This document shows positions 19,211-29,383 of a stretch of 64,000 nucleotides of DNA, piece by piece. Numbering within the stretch: the first letter of the stretch is position 1; each line of letters starts with the position of its first letter. This DNA comes from Thaumarchaeota archaeon UBA141 (GTDB taxonomy: Archaea > Thermoproteota > Nitrososphaeria > Nitrososphaerales > UBA141). The stretch is from positions 51,553 through 115,552 of the forward strand of contig DAEN01000040.1 of NCBI GenBank assembly GCA_002495315.1. The letters run 5' to 3'. Below the pieces are notes generated by a model. That model saw only the letters and a program-made list of their open reading frames with translations. It ran no database searches and was not told where the DNA came from. Made by a program: the position numbers and the translations under genes.

Positions 19211-20287
19211 CTATCTAACATACTTTCGTATAAAGGAGTAATATGCTGTAAAAACTCGGTTAGCAGCATCAGATAGTCCTCGAAAGGCTAAATGGTGAAA
19301 GGTAATGGAAAAGTTATTCATTACCACTCGGTCATCCAAGCGCCGACTAGATTGAATTCGTAATCGTGCAGACGAGAGATACGCACGTGCCCTGATCAAA
19401 TCCGCATAACCTCGAATCTTCCATCCAAGCCAGAATCTAGAAAGAGCCAATAGAAGCATCAACAATTCCACACCAAGCAATAGAGGAAGCAAGAGAACTA
19501 GGGTGTTTTTACGATAATTCTTCAAGACAGTAGCTAGTCTATTACGTTCTAGGAAATAATACTTGGACTCAGACAGACTTGTTACGTGATCATGATATAC
19601 TACAGAAGTGGGTACATAATAGCTTCTCCAACCTAATATCGATCCTCTCCAGCAAAGATCAGTATCTTCATTGTAAATGAAGTAAAAGGGATCCAGGAGA
19701 CCAATAGTCGATAGCGCAGTACGACGAATCAACAAGCACGAGCCCGAGACGTGACCCAGTACTCGAACATTCTCATATTGACCTCGATCAACTTCCCCCA
19801 ATCCTCTGGGGAAACCAAAGCCAAGTAAGTGCGTTTCATTTCCTGCAGAATCAATTATTGGCTTGTTTGATGAGAGAAGGATCTTTGGCTGAAAGAATGC
19901 GCCATTTTTGTGCCTCTTTGCGGCATCTATAAGATGTCCCAACCAATCTGGACTGACCATTGCGTCCTGATTGATCAGTACTATGAATTCATCAGAGGAT
20001 CTCATAATTCCTATGTTGTTACCAGCTGCATAACCAAAATTGTTCTGATTAACAACGATTTCAACACCGGGGAATTTCTTCCTGAGTTCCTCAACGCTTC
20101 CATCAACAGAGGCATTATCGACTACTAGAATTTGTAAATTCGGGTAAACTGATTTGATTAAGGAGTCGACACAAATGATGAGGTCTTTTCCTCCATTGTA
20201 AGCCAGCACAATTGCGGTCACCGTTGGGAATTCATCTAATCGCATAGTTGTTCTCCGAGGCCTAGAGATATGCGATGACGTAAGCAT
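19211..20287 (-). CDS. GT2 glycosyltransferase (WbbL/rhamnosyltransferase-like)
   Basis: VVDNASVDGS, NFGYAAGNN, INQD, SGSCLL, YNEDTDLCWR. Confidence 0.88.
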   Translation of the reverse strand: MLTSSHISRPRRTTMRLDEFPTVTAIVLAYNGGKDLIICVDSLIKSVYPNLQILVVDNASVDGSVEELRKKFPGVEIVVNQNNFGYAAGNNIGIMRSSDEFIVLINQDAMVSPDWLGHLIDAAKRHKNGAFFQPKILLSSNKPIIDSAGNETHLLGFGFPRGLGEVDRGQYENVRVLGHVSGSCLLIRRTALSTIGLLDPFYFIYNEDTDLCWRGSILGWRSYYVPTSVVYHDHVTSLSESKYYFLERNRLATVLKNYRKNTLVLLLPLLLGVELLMLLLALSRFWLGWKIRGYADLIRARAYLSSARLRIQSSRRLDDRVVMNNFSITFHHLAFRGLSDAANRVFTAYYSFIRKYVR

Positions 20288-20291
20288 GGAG

Positions 20292-20831
20292 CTACCTGTT
20301 TTCCTCTTCGCGTTTGGTTGAGTTATCTCGTGATGATAGAGAGATGAAGACGAATATCACTAGAACTATAGTAAGTACATAATTTGCTGGAGGAGAGAAA
20401 AGAATCCCTATGACTGGTATGGCAAGAAGAATCTTACCATCAATAAATCCTTCCACTGCAGGAAAATCATCTATATTTGGGTTATTGTCGCCTTGTGTTA
20501 TGAATGACATCAATTCCCCTTCTTGGTTAACCTGTACTATTCGATGCACAATAATTTCACCGTGAAAATGTTCAAGACGGTACGCTATGACATCACCAAC
20601 TTTCAACGAGTTAACATCCTCTCCAGTTACAATCAATAGATCAAATGCTTTGAAAGTAGGTTCCATGCTGTCCCCTACTACAACAAGAAGGGGTGCGCCA
20701 GTGCGTGCTACTATGGGTATTGTTGAGAGAGCAATTCCAACAAGCATGGATAGAAGCACTAAGAGAACTAAGTATCGAATAATGCGTTTGTGCAATATAA
20801 TGGCCTGTCGGGCCTGATTATAGGCCGTCAT
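20292..20831 (-). CDS. Signal peptidase I, Sec11/SipW type (Ser-His)
   Basis: N-terminal TM, GDSMEPT, GDVIAY, IVHRI, TQGDNN, C-terminal TM. Confidence 0.92.
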   Translation of the reverse strand: MTAYNQARQAIILHKRIIRYLVLLVLLSMLVGIALSTIPIVARTGAPLLVVVGDSMEPTFKAFDLLIVTGEDVNSLKVGDVIAYRLEHFHGEIIVHRIVQVNQEGELMSFITQGDNNPNIDDFPAVEGFIDGKILLAIPVIGILFSPPANYVLTIVLVIFVFISLSSRDNSTKREEENR

Positions 20832-20885
20832 GGTGAACTTTTGGGCCTTATAGCCTGCATTGGTAAGGAGTACTTCCCAGTTCTC

Positions 20886-21644
20886 TTAGTTGGTAACTGT
20901 GAAGCTTATCGATTCTGGAGGAGCAAGCGGGGAGAGAGTCACAAAGTCCTCCCAGATGAATATCTCAGCTGTATAGACTCCGGGCTGCATTATTCGGACA
21001 CTCGGGCCAGCTATTCGCTCAGCATTCGATGCTAGCTGGTCAGAAATAATGACTGGGGATGTTATGATCTGGTCATTTGCGTCTTTTACCTGAACTACGT
21101 AGAGAAACGAATTGGAAGAATCGCTATTATTTTGGAGGTTCGCGCTTACGATAATCAAGCTTCCAACTTCAAACTCGGTATCTTTATTTCTGGCGGTATC
21201 AGTTGTCTCTACCTCTGTAACAGCAAACGTTCCAGTACCTGTGGCACTACTACGAATATTTACTTCAAAATTTGCAGTTGCTGGATCTATCTCGTTTCCC
21301 TCGACGGATGTAACTTCAATTTTCACGTCGAATAGTCCACTACTTGGAAATTTGTAGATGAAAGTTGAAGATCCAGCAAGAGCATTAAAGTTCCGTTGAA
21401 GGGCCTGTCCGCCTCCAGGAGTGTTAATGGTTATCGTGTATTGTGATTCTAGAGGTTGTTTAGTGGTAGCATCGTTGATAGAAATCGTTAGGGTGTTTGC
21501 ACGGTCTACAATTGGAACTCGCGGAGAAATTGAAAGGCCAATCTCATATCCACCTACCTGAGAAGTTTCTGCAGAAGCAGTATTTATGATGGGTAGAGAT
21601 AACAATAAGAGTAGAATAATAAAACCAGGAAGTCGTCGAGTCAT
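20886..21644 (-). CDS. Secreted beta-rich protein with a thaumarchaeal S-layer-type C-terminal domain
   Basis: Signal peptide ending ASA; C-terminus F.YVVQVKDAN..PGVYTAEIFIWE....SPL.P resembles from memory the C-terminal Ig-like domain of Nitrosopumilus-type S-layer proteins. Confidence 0.65.
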   Translation of the reverse strand: MTRRLPGFIILLLLLSLPIINTASAETSQVGGYEIGLSISPRVPIVDRANTLTISINDATTKQPLESQYTITINTPGGGQALQRNFNALAGSSTFIYKFPSSGLFDVKIEVTSVEGNEIDPATANFEVNIRSSATGTGTFAVTEVETTDTARNKDTEFEVGSLIIVSANLQNNSDSSNSFLYVVQVKDANDQIITSPVIISDQLASNAERIAGPSVRIMQPGVYTAEIFIWEDFVTLSPLAPPESISFTVTN

Positions 21645-21771
21645 AGTGAACGCATTTAGTTACTCAATTACAAATACTTATGCTAGATATCCAACACAGA
21701 GGACTATTTGTAAAGTGTTATTCTACATAGTTTCCAAAATACAAAAAAACCATGCCTCTGGAGGCCGACCC

Positions 21772-22620
21772 ATGAAAAAGTCTGGGGCACTGGCTCTGAT
21801 TGCCATGAGTCTGTTATTCCTATCTGTTTCGTCGTCTCCTGCATGGTCTGTAGAGACTTTGACTGTGACGGTTGACAAGACGATCTATGCACGAGGTGAA
21901 CTGGTTGAAGTAAGCGGTAGCGTTACAGGGATTTCAACTGAACATGACATTTCCATACAAGTTCTCAAACCAGGAGGCAGTCCATGGAGTTACGCTCAGG
22001 TTACCCCTGAATCAAATGGCAGCTTCCAGTCATCAGTGGCTCGGCTGAGCGAACAAGACCCGTTGGGCCTTTACGAAATTACTGTAAGCTATAGAGGCGA
22101 TCACGCAAAGACTACTTTCTTCCTGCTTGAAGTAAAGAATTTCAATGCGGAGTGGCAAGAGCTAACTTTTCCCGTACAAGTATTATCTAACGCTACAGTT
22201 ACAGGTTTTCAATTTGACCAGCCTTCCAAGCAGATTAGCATAACTGTCGAAGCGACAGCTTCGAGCTTCGTCAATATGACGTTAGCCAATGAACTATTAT
22301 CTGCACCATTTGATGTAACTGTTGACGGAACCTCTGAACAGGGAACAACCTTTTCGCAGGTAAATCAGACACACACTACGATCTCGACGATATTCAACAC
22401 AGGTAGTCATACGATTATTGTTGTAGGTACTAACGTCATCCCAGAGTTCCCAGTATCTACCCTCTTCACGATGGCTGTTGGTGTAGGCATATTTCTATTA
22501 GCTCTCAGATTTGGGCGACGATTGACAAAGGCCGGGGACTACCGGACAGGGACCTCTACAACACCGAGAAGTTTCTCTATCTCACTAAGTTCAGCTTTTA
22601 TTTCTAGAGGGGGCTCATAA
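21772..22620 (+). CDS. Surface protein with PEF(G)-CTERM-type sorting signal
   Basis: GGAGG before ATG 21772; signal peptide; Ig-like domains; GTNVIPEFP + TM + RFGRR basic cluster; tail overlaps thrC. Confidence 0.85.
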   Translation: MKKSGALALIAMSLLFLSVSSSPAWSVETLTVTVDKTIYARGELVEVSGSVTGISTEHDISIQVLKPGGSPWSYAQVTPESNGSFQSSVARLSEQDPLGLYEITVSYRGDHAKTTFFLLEVKNFNAEWQELTFPVQVLSNATVTGFQFDQPSKQISITVEATASSFVNMTLANELLSAPFDVTVDGTSEQGTTFSQVNQTHTTISTIFNTGSHTIIVVGTNVIPEFPVSTLFTMAVGVGIFLLALRFGRRLTKAGDYRTGTSTTPRSFSISLSSAFISRGGS

Positions 22621-23789
22621 GTATGTGTCACTGCGTCGGGATCTTTTAATCCATGACCCGTGGCAACACATACTATTCTGTCACTTCTAGAAATCATTCC
22701 CGCATTTAACATCTTTTTCAAAGCAGCTATGGGACTAGCACTGGCTGGCTCTACAAAAAGGCCCTCATAGCGCGCTAGGAGTCTCTGAGCAGTCAGAATC
22801 TCTTCATCACTTACGATCTCTGCTCCACCATTAGATCCATAGATTGCCCTTAGGGCCTTCTTCCAACTAATGGGTGCTCCAATACGTATGGCTGTAGCAA
22901 TTGTTTCTGGTGCATCTTTCATGATAATATCTTTACGTCCTTTCTTCACTGACTCAGCAATTGGTGCAGCACCTTCTGCCTGAACTCCAAATAGCCTTGG
23001 CAATTTCTCTAGGAAACCTAGAGAATTGAGTTCACTGAAGCCTTTCCAAATCGCGCTAATGTTCCCAGCGTTGCCCACAGGTGTTACCAGGACATCGGGC
23101 TCTGTTCCCATCGATTGTTCCCAGACTTCATAGGCCAAGGTCTTCTGTCCTTCCAAACGAAAAGGGTTTACTGAATTTAGTAGATACGCCTCTTTATGAC
23201 GTCGACAGAGCTGGAAGACCAGATTTAGTGCCTCATCGAAGTTCCCTTGGACTTGAACTACCAATGCACCATGTATCATAGCTTGGGCGAGCTTTCCAAA
23301 AGCAATTTTTCCAGTGGGAATTAGGACGACGCAGCGGAGCCCCGCACGGGCAGTATAAGCTGCTAACGAGGCGGAAGTGTTACCAGTAGAAGCACAGACA
23401 ACTGTCCTGACGCCGATTTCTAGAGCCCTAGTAACTCCTACTGTCATTCCCCTATCCTTAAAGGAACCAGTCGGATTCTCGCCCTCGTTCTTGACATATA
23501 GGTGCGGAAGTCCAAGTTCTTCTCCTAAGCGCTTACATTCATAGAGATTTGTGCCGCCTTCTCCCAAGGTTATTTCAGTCCGGTTATTACCTACTGGTAT
23601 GAGCTCGCGGTATCTCCAAACTCCAAAACGCCGCTTTTCCCACGCAGACCTATCAATCTGTTTAGATAAGACTGGAAGGTCGTATACAACTTCCAGCAAA
23701 TCCCCACATTCTTTACACTGATATCTCTCTTCAGCTAGTGGCCAGGACTTGCCACAACCTATGCACTGGAGCCTAGACCACATCATCAA
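22539..23789 (-). CDS. thrC: Threonine synthase
   Basis: N-terminal Zn ribbon, KNEGENPTGSFKDRG (PLP Lys), CASTGNTSAS, PVGNAGN, TGHGLKD. Confidence 0.96.
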   Translation of the reverse strand: MMMWSRLQCIGCGKSWPLAEERYQCKECGDLLEVVYDLPVLSKQIDRSAWEKRRFGVWRYRELIPVGNNRTEITLGEGGTNLYECKRLGEELGLPHLYVKNEGENPTGSFKDRGMTVGVTRALEIGVRTVVCASTGNTSASLAAYTARAGLRCVVLIPTGKIAFGKLAQAMIHGALVVQVQGNFDEALNLVFQLCRRHKEAYLLNSVNPFRLEGQKTLAYEVWEQSMGTEPDVLVTPVGNAGNISAIWKGFSELNSLGFLEKLPRLFGVQAEGAAPIAESVKKGRKDIIMKDAPETIATAIRIGAPISWKKALRAIYGSNGGAEIVSDEEILTAQRLLARYEGLFVEPASASPIAALKKMLNAGMISRSDRIVCVATGHGLKDPDAVTHTYEPPLEIKAELSEIEKLLGVVEVPVR

Positions 23790-24750
23790 TTACACACACT
23801 CCCTTACCTGGCTTAGTGGTTGTTATTTCGCAAGGTATTCCAGCTTTCCTAAAACCTTCTCTGATTGCTTTGCTTACCTTTCTAGGATCTGATTTTCCTC
23901 TGTCAATTAGAGCTAACATTGTTGGACCAGCTCCACTAATAGCAACTCCAACCGCTCCCGCATCCAAAGCTGCACGTCTAACGCGGTCGTATCCCGGTAC
24001 CATGTTAGAACGGGCTGGTTCAACTATCTTATCTTGCATGCCCTGACCAATCAACTTGATGTTGCCAATAGCAAAGCCTGCCATTATTAGAGAAGCGGAG
24101 GCTATATTCCATATTGCGTCGCTAAGAGGAACTTGTTTAGGTAGGATGTTTCTGGCGGTCCCGGTCTTTTTCGGAGGTACTTGTACCAAAGGCCTACCGA
24201 GACATAAAATTAGATCCTGAGGGGTTTGTGGTAGTGATACCAGATCCAATCCATCTGTTCCTTGTCGAATAGCCGAAAAGTACCCTAATAAAGCAGCAGC
24301 GACATTATCAAAATGAGGAACTCCAGCGGAAGCTACTTCACCTTTCGCTGCAAAGGCAATAAGAGTATTCATGGGGAGATGAAGATCTAGTAGGCGGTCC
24401 AGAGCGAAAGCAACGGCCGCCGCATCTGCGGCACTACTTCCAAGTCCGTATCCAGGAGGGATTCCTTTTCGGACTCTAATTTCGCATCCAAAGCCTCCGC
24501 CAAAATTACGCAGAAGTGCATCAGCCACTAGTCCTGCACTATTCTCATCCCAGATCTCCGGAACCTTATATTTTGTCTCTGGATCCAGTTTGAGTACGAT
24601 CCTTTGGTCTTTTAGTAAAGTTACCGTCACTACGTCAAATGGTTCCTCCAGCCCCAACCCAAAAATATCGAATCCAGGTCCGAGATTCGCTGATGATGCA
24701 GGTGCTCGCACCTGGAGACTCCTTATCTTCCCTAGCCGCGTTGAAGGCAT
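23773..24750 (-). CDS. thrB: Homoserine kinase
   Basis: PASSANLGPGFD, PPGYGLGSSAA, HFDNVA, ISGAGPT. Confidence 0.96.
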   Translation of the reverse strand: MPSTRLGKIRSLQVRAPASSANLGPGFDIFGLGLEEPFDVVTVTLLKDQRIVLKLDPETKYKVPEIWDENSAGLVADALLRNFGGGFGCEIRVRKGIPPGYGLGSSAADAAAVAFALDRLLDLHLPMNTLIAFAAKGEVASAGVPHFDNVAAALLGYFSAIRQGTDGLDLVSLPQTPQDLILCLGRPLVQVPPKKTGTARNILPKQVPLSDAIWNIASASLIMAGFAIGNIKLIGQGMQDKIVEPARSNMVPGYDRVRRAALDAGAVGVAISGAGPTMLALIDRGKSDPRKVSKAIREGFRKAGIPCEITTTKPGKGVCVIDDVV

Positions 24751-24860
24751 CGGGGATACTTGTCTTCGGCGACTCTTAATCTCTTTGGCGGATGATTCAT
24801 TGATACTGCTTAGGGGTTGAGACGACTAATGCAGCCTTCTTCCATAAGGCCGGGATTCCG

Positions 24861-26207
24861 TCATATCTCAGGTGGCATGGGGACAAGTTTTGCTGATATT
24901 AATGAGGAAAGCATATTCCTAGACCTGACGATGTTTTCTGAGGCACGAGTAACTAGTTCATCCTTCGTCATATTTTTCCTAGCTAAACCTTGCTGGATCG
25001 CTTTCTCACCCACTGCGGCAGCGACTCGTGGATATACTTCCCACTCAGTCATTGTAGGTGTGATGTAATCCTTGTGAAGACCTTTTTCCTCAGAATACTT
25101 AGCCAATTCTTCAGCAGCGACTATCACCATCTCATCTGTGATGGTCTTGGCACGGACGTCAAGAACGCCTCTGAACATGGATGGAAATAGAAGGCTATTG
25201 TTTACCTGATTCGGAAAGTCCGACAGGCCAGTAGCGGTGATTTTTGCTCCTGCTTCTTCAGCGTCTTTAGGCCACATCTCTGGAATTGGATTGGCAAGCA
25301 GAAATGCTATGGAGTTTGTATTCATTTCTCTCACCCACTCTTTCTTGATCAGATCTGGACCAGGTGTGGATGCTGCTACCAGAGCATCAGCACCCTTGAG
25401 AGCCTGGGCAAGATTTCCAGAAACTCTATCCTTATTGGTTCGCAAGGCGATTTCGTATTTCCACTTGTGTTTGAGCTTCAAATCATCAACATCGTCACGT
25501 TCAGCATATAGAATCCCCTTTGAATCTACCAGGATGAGATCTCCAGGATCGGCACCTGCTACTTCCAATAGTCTAGCTGTCGCTATGTTTGCAGCACCTG
25601 CTCCAAACAAGACGATTCGAGAACCGCGCACTTTCCTTCCCGTGATCTTCAGAGCATTTAACAGGGCAGCTAGTGTTACACCGGCCGTTCCCTGTTGGTC
25701 GTCATGCCAGACCGGGATCTGCATCTGAGTCCTTAGGGTATCAAGTATTTGGAAACATTTCGGAGAGGCAATATCTTCAAGGTTTATTCCCCCAAATGAT
25801 GGCTCGAGATACTTTGTCGTTTGTATTATCTCATCTGCAGTATGTGCAGATAACGATATGGGAAATGCATCTACTCCGCCAAGGTACTTGTAAATCAGTC
25901 CCTTGCCTTCCATCACGGCCATGCTAGCCTCGGGACCGACGTCACCCAAGCCAAGGACGCGACTTCCATCGGTCACAACGGCTATCTTATTCCAACGAGC
26001 TGTATACTCGAAAGAGAGGTCAGTGTTGGCCTGAATTGCCTTTGAGACGGCAGCTACGCCTGGGGTGTACCAGATGGAGAAATCGCTGAGATCTCGTACA
26101 GGTACTTTTGGTGCAATTTCGATCTTGCCTCCGTAAAAACGAGAGTACTCTAGTGCTAGACGTGAAGATTCCTCAATACTTCTTTTCCGCGGCGGTTGTC
26201 CCGACAT
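24861..26207 (-). CDS. NAD(P)-dependent malic enzyme
   Basis: YTPGVA, TDGSRVLGLG, VMEGK, GGINLEDI, HDDQQGTA, GAGAA, NQVNN. Confidence 0.94.
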   Translation of the reverse strand: MSGQPPRKRSIEESSRLALEYSRFYGGKIEIAPKVPVRDLSDFSIWYTPGVAAVSKAIQANTDLSFEYTARWNKIAVVTDGSRVLGLGDVGPEASMAVMEGKGLIYKYLGGVDAFPISLSAHTADEIIQTTKYLEPSFGGINLEDIASPKCFQILDTLRTQMQIPVWHDDQQGTAGVTLAALLNALKITGRKVRGSRIVLFGAGAANIATARLLEVAGADPGDLILVDSKGILYAERDDVDDLKLKHKWKYEIALRTNKDRVSGNLAQALKGADALVAASTPGPDLIKKEWVREMNTNSIAFLLANPIPEMWPKDAEEAGAKITATGLSDFPNQVNNSLLFPSMFRGVLDVRAKTITDEMVIVAAEELAKYSEEKGLHKDYITPTMTEWEVYPRVAAAVGEKAIQQGLARKNMTKDELVTRASENIVRSRNMLSSLISAKLVPMPPEI

Positions 26208-26382
26208 GACAATATCTTCGATAGGATGGGTATTTAATTATTCGTCATTTAACGACAAAAACTTCGTCCATGATAATTCTGTCGATTAATTAGAAGTATT
26301 TGAGGAAGGAAAAGGACTAAGAAGTTCTCAACTTTGCCCAGGCATAGTATATACAACTAGAGCTACCGATTGTCGGAAAATC

Positions 26383-27555
26383 CTAAGTAGATAGAGGTTG
26401 TTGGAGACTCTTGAGCGGCCGTAGATGATCTGTCGTTATACGTAGTGCTTCATCTATATTGACCGTTTCTCCCTGAAGCTTGAGGACCGATGCGACTGCA
26501 GAGAGGGTGGCAAGAACATGGTGTGAACTAATTTCTCCCATACATCCAACGCGGAAGATCTTGCCAGCGAGGTCCCCGAATCCTCCTGCCACAGTGATTC
26601 GGAATTCTTCGTCTAACATCTTGCGAAAGCGCTTATCGTCTATGTTTTGTGGGTAACGGATCGCTATGACCGTATTAGATCTGATTTCTTCTTCTACAAG
26701 AGGTTTGAGTCCAAGGGCCTTGAAGCCTTGGTAGAAAGCATTGGCGCAGGTTTTATGACGTTGGATCCGTCTTTCCATCCCTTCTTCAAGTACAAGTAAT
26801 ATTGCTTCATGTATTGCCCTATAGAGTGGTAAGGAAGGAGTGAATGGCGTCTCTTTTTTTCTCTCATAGAATCTAATGTAGTTGGAAAGGTCAAAAAATT
26901 TGCTCATAGGAGGGTTTTCTTCGATGAACTTTCTGGCTTTCTTACTCACAGATAGAAGAGAAAGTCCTGGAGGTGCAGCAAGACACTTTTGACTACAGGT
27001 TACACAGAGGTCGACTCCCCACTGTTCCACCGGAAGCTCATCACCACCCAAATACGATACTGCATCTGCTACAAAGAGAGTTCCATACTTGCTCGCAAGC
27101 TCTCCTATATGCTTCAACCAGGGAATTCTAACTCCGGTAGAAGTTTCGTTGCAAACTACATAGACAGCTTTCGCTCCCTTGTGCTTCTCAAAGGCCTCTT
27201 CAATTGAGTCTATGGTGGGGGCTTCGCCTAGCGGTGCTTCTATCAGAATAGGCTTGCCTCCGGCCAACTCAATGCTTTCGCTCAGGCGTTGTCCAAACTC
27301 TCCAAAAACTGGTACAATGACTTCATCTCCTGGCCTTACAAGGTTGACAACTGATGCTTCAATGGCACCAGTTCCCGACGAAGTTAAGACAACGGTATCA
27401 TCAGTTGTTTCAAACACCTGCTGAGCACCTTCGGCAATTTCTGAGTATAGCTGATGAAAGTCAGAGCTTCTATGACTTATGATAGGAGAAATCATGGCAT
27501 TCATAACTCGGTCCGACACATTTGTTGGACCTGGGATCATGACTAGCTTGCGCAA
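26383..27555 (-). CDS. Class V aminotransferase (serine-pyruvate/alanine-glyoxylate type)
   Basis: MIPGPT, SHRS, NETSTG, DAVS, SQKCLAAPPG, TPFTP. Confidence 0.92.
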   Translation of the reverse strand: MRKLVMIPGPTNVSDRVMNAMISPIISHRSSDFHQLYSEIAEGAQQVFETTDDTVVLTSSGTGAIEASVVNLVRPGDEVIVPVFGEFGQRLSESIELAGGKPILIEAPLGEAPTIDSIEEAFEKHKGAKAVYVVCNETSTGVRIPWLKHIGELASKYGTLFVADAVSYLGGDELPVEQWGVDLCVTCSQKCLAAPPGLSLLSVSKKARKFIEENPPMSKFFDLSNYIRFYERKKETPFTPSLPLYRAIHEAILLVLEEGMERRIQRHKTCANAFYQGFKALGLKPLVEEEIRSNTVIAIRYPQNIDDKRFRKMLDEEFRITVAGGFGDLAGKIFRVGCMGEISSHHVLATLSAVASVLKLQGETVNIDEALRITTDHLRPLKSLQQPLST

Positions 27556-27674
27556 GAGCTAACGACTCACTAACCAAAGAGTTATTGTAAAACTTTTTGC
27601 TCTTGTAACGAGCTTCTAGGCCTGTGATTCATTGATAGCTTCAAAGTTGTCGTTGAATTACATTGGAGGAGTAA

Positions 27675-28196
27675 TCAACTTCCTATCTCCATTATCCTTT
27701 CGACACCTCTTGTTTCCTTTATGATACTAGGGATAGGAGGTGGGAGGAGGTTTTCCCATACTGAGCCTTCTCTGATGCGTCGTCTGATTTCTGTACCTGA
27801 ATATCGGGGCCTCTTCATAAGAGGGACTGGTATGACCTGAACCTCATTCTCACTAAAGAGACGCGCGGTTAGAGGATCATTAGAGAATACCATGTCAAAA
27901 TGGGGCACAAGCATCTGAACATTCGTAACCCATGTCCCATGAGAATGAGAGTCTGGTATTGGTATTACAAGCCAACGTCGGCAGTCCACATTTGCCTGAT
28001 TCAGACACGTCTTGATCATTCCTATACGTTCTCCTGCTGTGAAAGGATTGTTGGCTGCGTGACTCTTATCAGCACTCCCAACTCCAATGTAAAGAATTGA
28101 AACACGTTCAAGGGCGAACTTGATGCTCCACAGATGTCCTCGGTGAAAGGGTTGGAATCGACCTACGAAGAGTCCATCGGGCATTAATGTCACCAA
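27675..28196 (-). CDS. nadM: Nicotinamide-nucleotide adenylyltransferase
   Basis: GRFQPFHRGH, NPFTAGER, SGTEIR. Confidence 0.94.
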   Translation of the reverse strand: MVTLMPDGLFVGRFQPFHRGHLWSIKFALERVSILYIGVGSADKSHAANNPFTAGERIGMIKTCLNQANVDCRRWLVIPIPDSHSHGTWVTNVQMLVPHFDMVFSNDPLTARLFSENEVQVIPVPLMKRPRYSGTEIRRRIREGSVWENLLPPPIPSIIKETRGVERIMEIGS

Positions 28197-28284
28197 ATAT
28201 CTTGCAGAGGCGCGATTTAAGAACAGCCATTAAATCCTGACATTGATTACAATTCTGTCCGCGTAATGTGGTGTTGATAATAAA

Positions 28285-29322
28285 GTGATTGAGGTTGACG
28301 GTTCGGTTGGTGAGGGAGGTGGCCAGGTACTTAGAACTGCAGTTACCATGTCTGCCATTCTTGGAGTACCAGTGCATGTTAATAATATCCGCTTTGGGCG
28401 CAATCCTCCGGGCCTTCGCAACCAGCACATTAGTGCAATAAAGTGCGTGGCAATGCTATGTAATGCTAACGTAGAGAATCTACACATAGGCTCGAATTCC
28501 ATCAGTTTTTTTCCTAAGAATATAGAGAGTGCTGAAATTAAGCTAGATGTAGGAACCGCGGGAAGCATTACCCTAGTTTTGCAATCTGCAATCCCTGTTG
28601 CAACCTACGCAGACAAAGATGTGAAGCTTGAGATAGTGGGAGGAACCGACGTTAACTGGAGTCCGACTGCTGACTACTTCGAAAGAATCGTTCGTCCGGC
28701 CTACAGAGGACTTGGGATATCATTTGAGATGGAAATAGTTCGCCGCGGCTACTATCCACAAGGTTGTGGCATTATGAGAATAGTGGTCCATCCCAGTCGA
28801 ATACATACCATCAATTTGAATTCAACAATCAAACCAGAACCAAAGGTTATCAGTGTATGTTCCCAACTACCTAAAGCTGTAGCGGAAAGACAGCTAAGCT
28901 CTGCAGCCGATTACTTGCGAGACCAAGGAATGGAAGTGGGTTCAAGCGTCATCCAGGTATCGGAAGCAAATTCTCCAGGTAGCTCTATATTGGTGTATAA
29001 TTCAACCAACGAAAACGGTCCCTTTATTGGAACGGATGCTTTGGGGGAAAAGGGAAAGCTAGCGGAGCAAGTTGGCTTTGAGGCTGGTGCATCATTTGCT
29101 AGAGAATATAAGACTGGAGCAAATGTAGATAGTCATCTTGGCGACATGCTGGTTACTCCTTTATCATTAGCAAAGGGAATATCGAGCTACAAAGTTCCAT
29201 TCATTACACCTCACCTTGTCACGAATCTCTATGTAGCCAGTCTGCTATCGGGTTCTCGATATAGAATTGAAGGAGAAATTACAGGGAATTACTCAGCTCC
29301 TCTGGTTACTATCATTTCCTAG
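28285..29322 (+). CDS. rtcA: RNA 3'-terminal phosphate cyclase
   Basis: DGSVGEGGGQVLR, PGLRNQH, GTAGSITL, GGTDV.WSP, RGYYP.G, DSHLGD. Confidence 0.95.
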   Translation: MIEVDGSVGEGGGQVLRTAVTMSAILGVPVHVNNIRFGRNPPGLRNQHISAIKCVAMLCNANVENLHIGSNSISFFPKNIESAEIKLDVGTAGSITLVLQSAIPVATYADKDVKLEIVGGTDVNWSPTADYFERIVRPAYRGLGISFEMEIVRRGYYPQGCGIMRIVVHPSRIHTINLNSTIKPEPKVISVCSQLPKAVAERQLSSAADYLRDQGMEVGSSVIQVSEANSPGSSILVYNSTNENGPFIGTDALGEKGKLAEQVGFEAGASFAREYKTGANVDSHLGDMLVTPLSLAKGISSYKVPFITPHLVTNLYVASLLSGSRYRIEGEITGNYSAPLVTIIS

Positions 29323-29383
29323 AGTTTGAGTTCATACGAAGAGAAATGCTAAATTAGCCGTCGATTGACCTGGTAGTAGCGCC

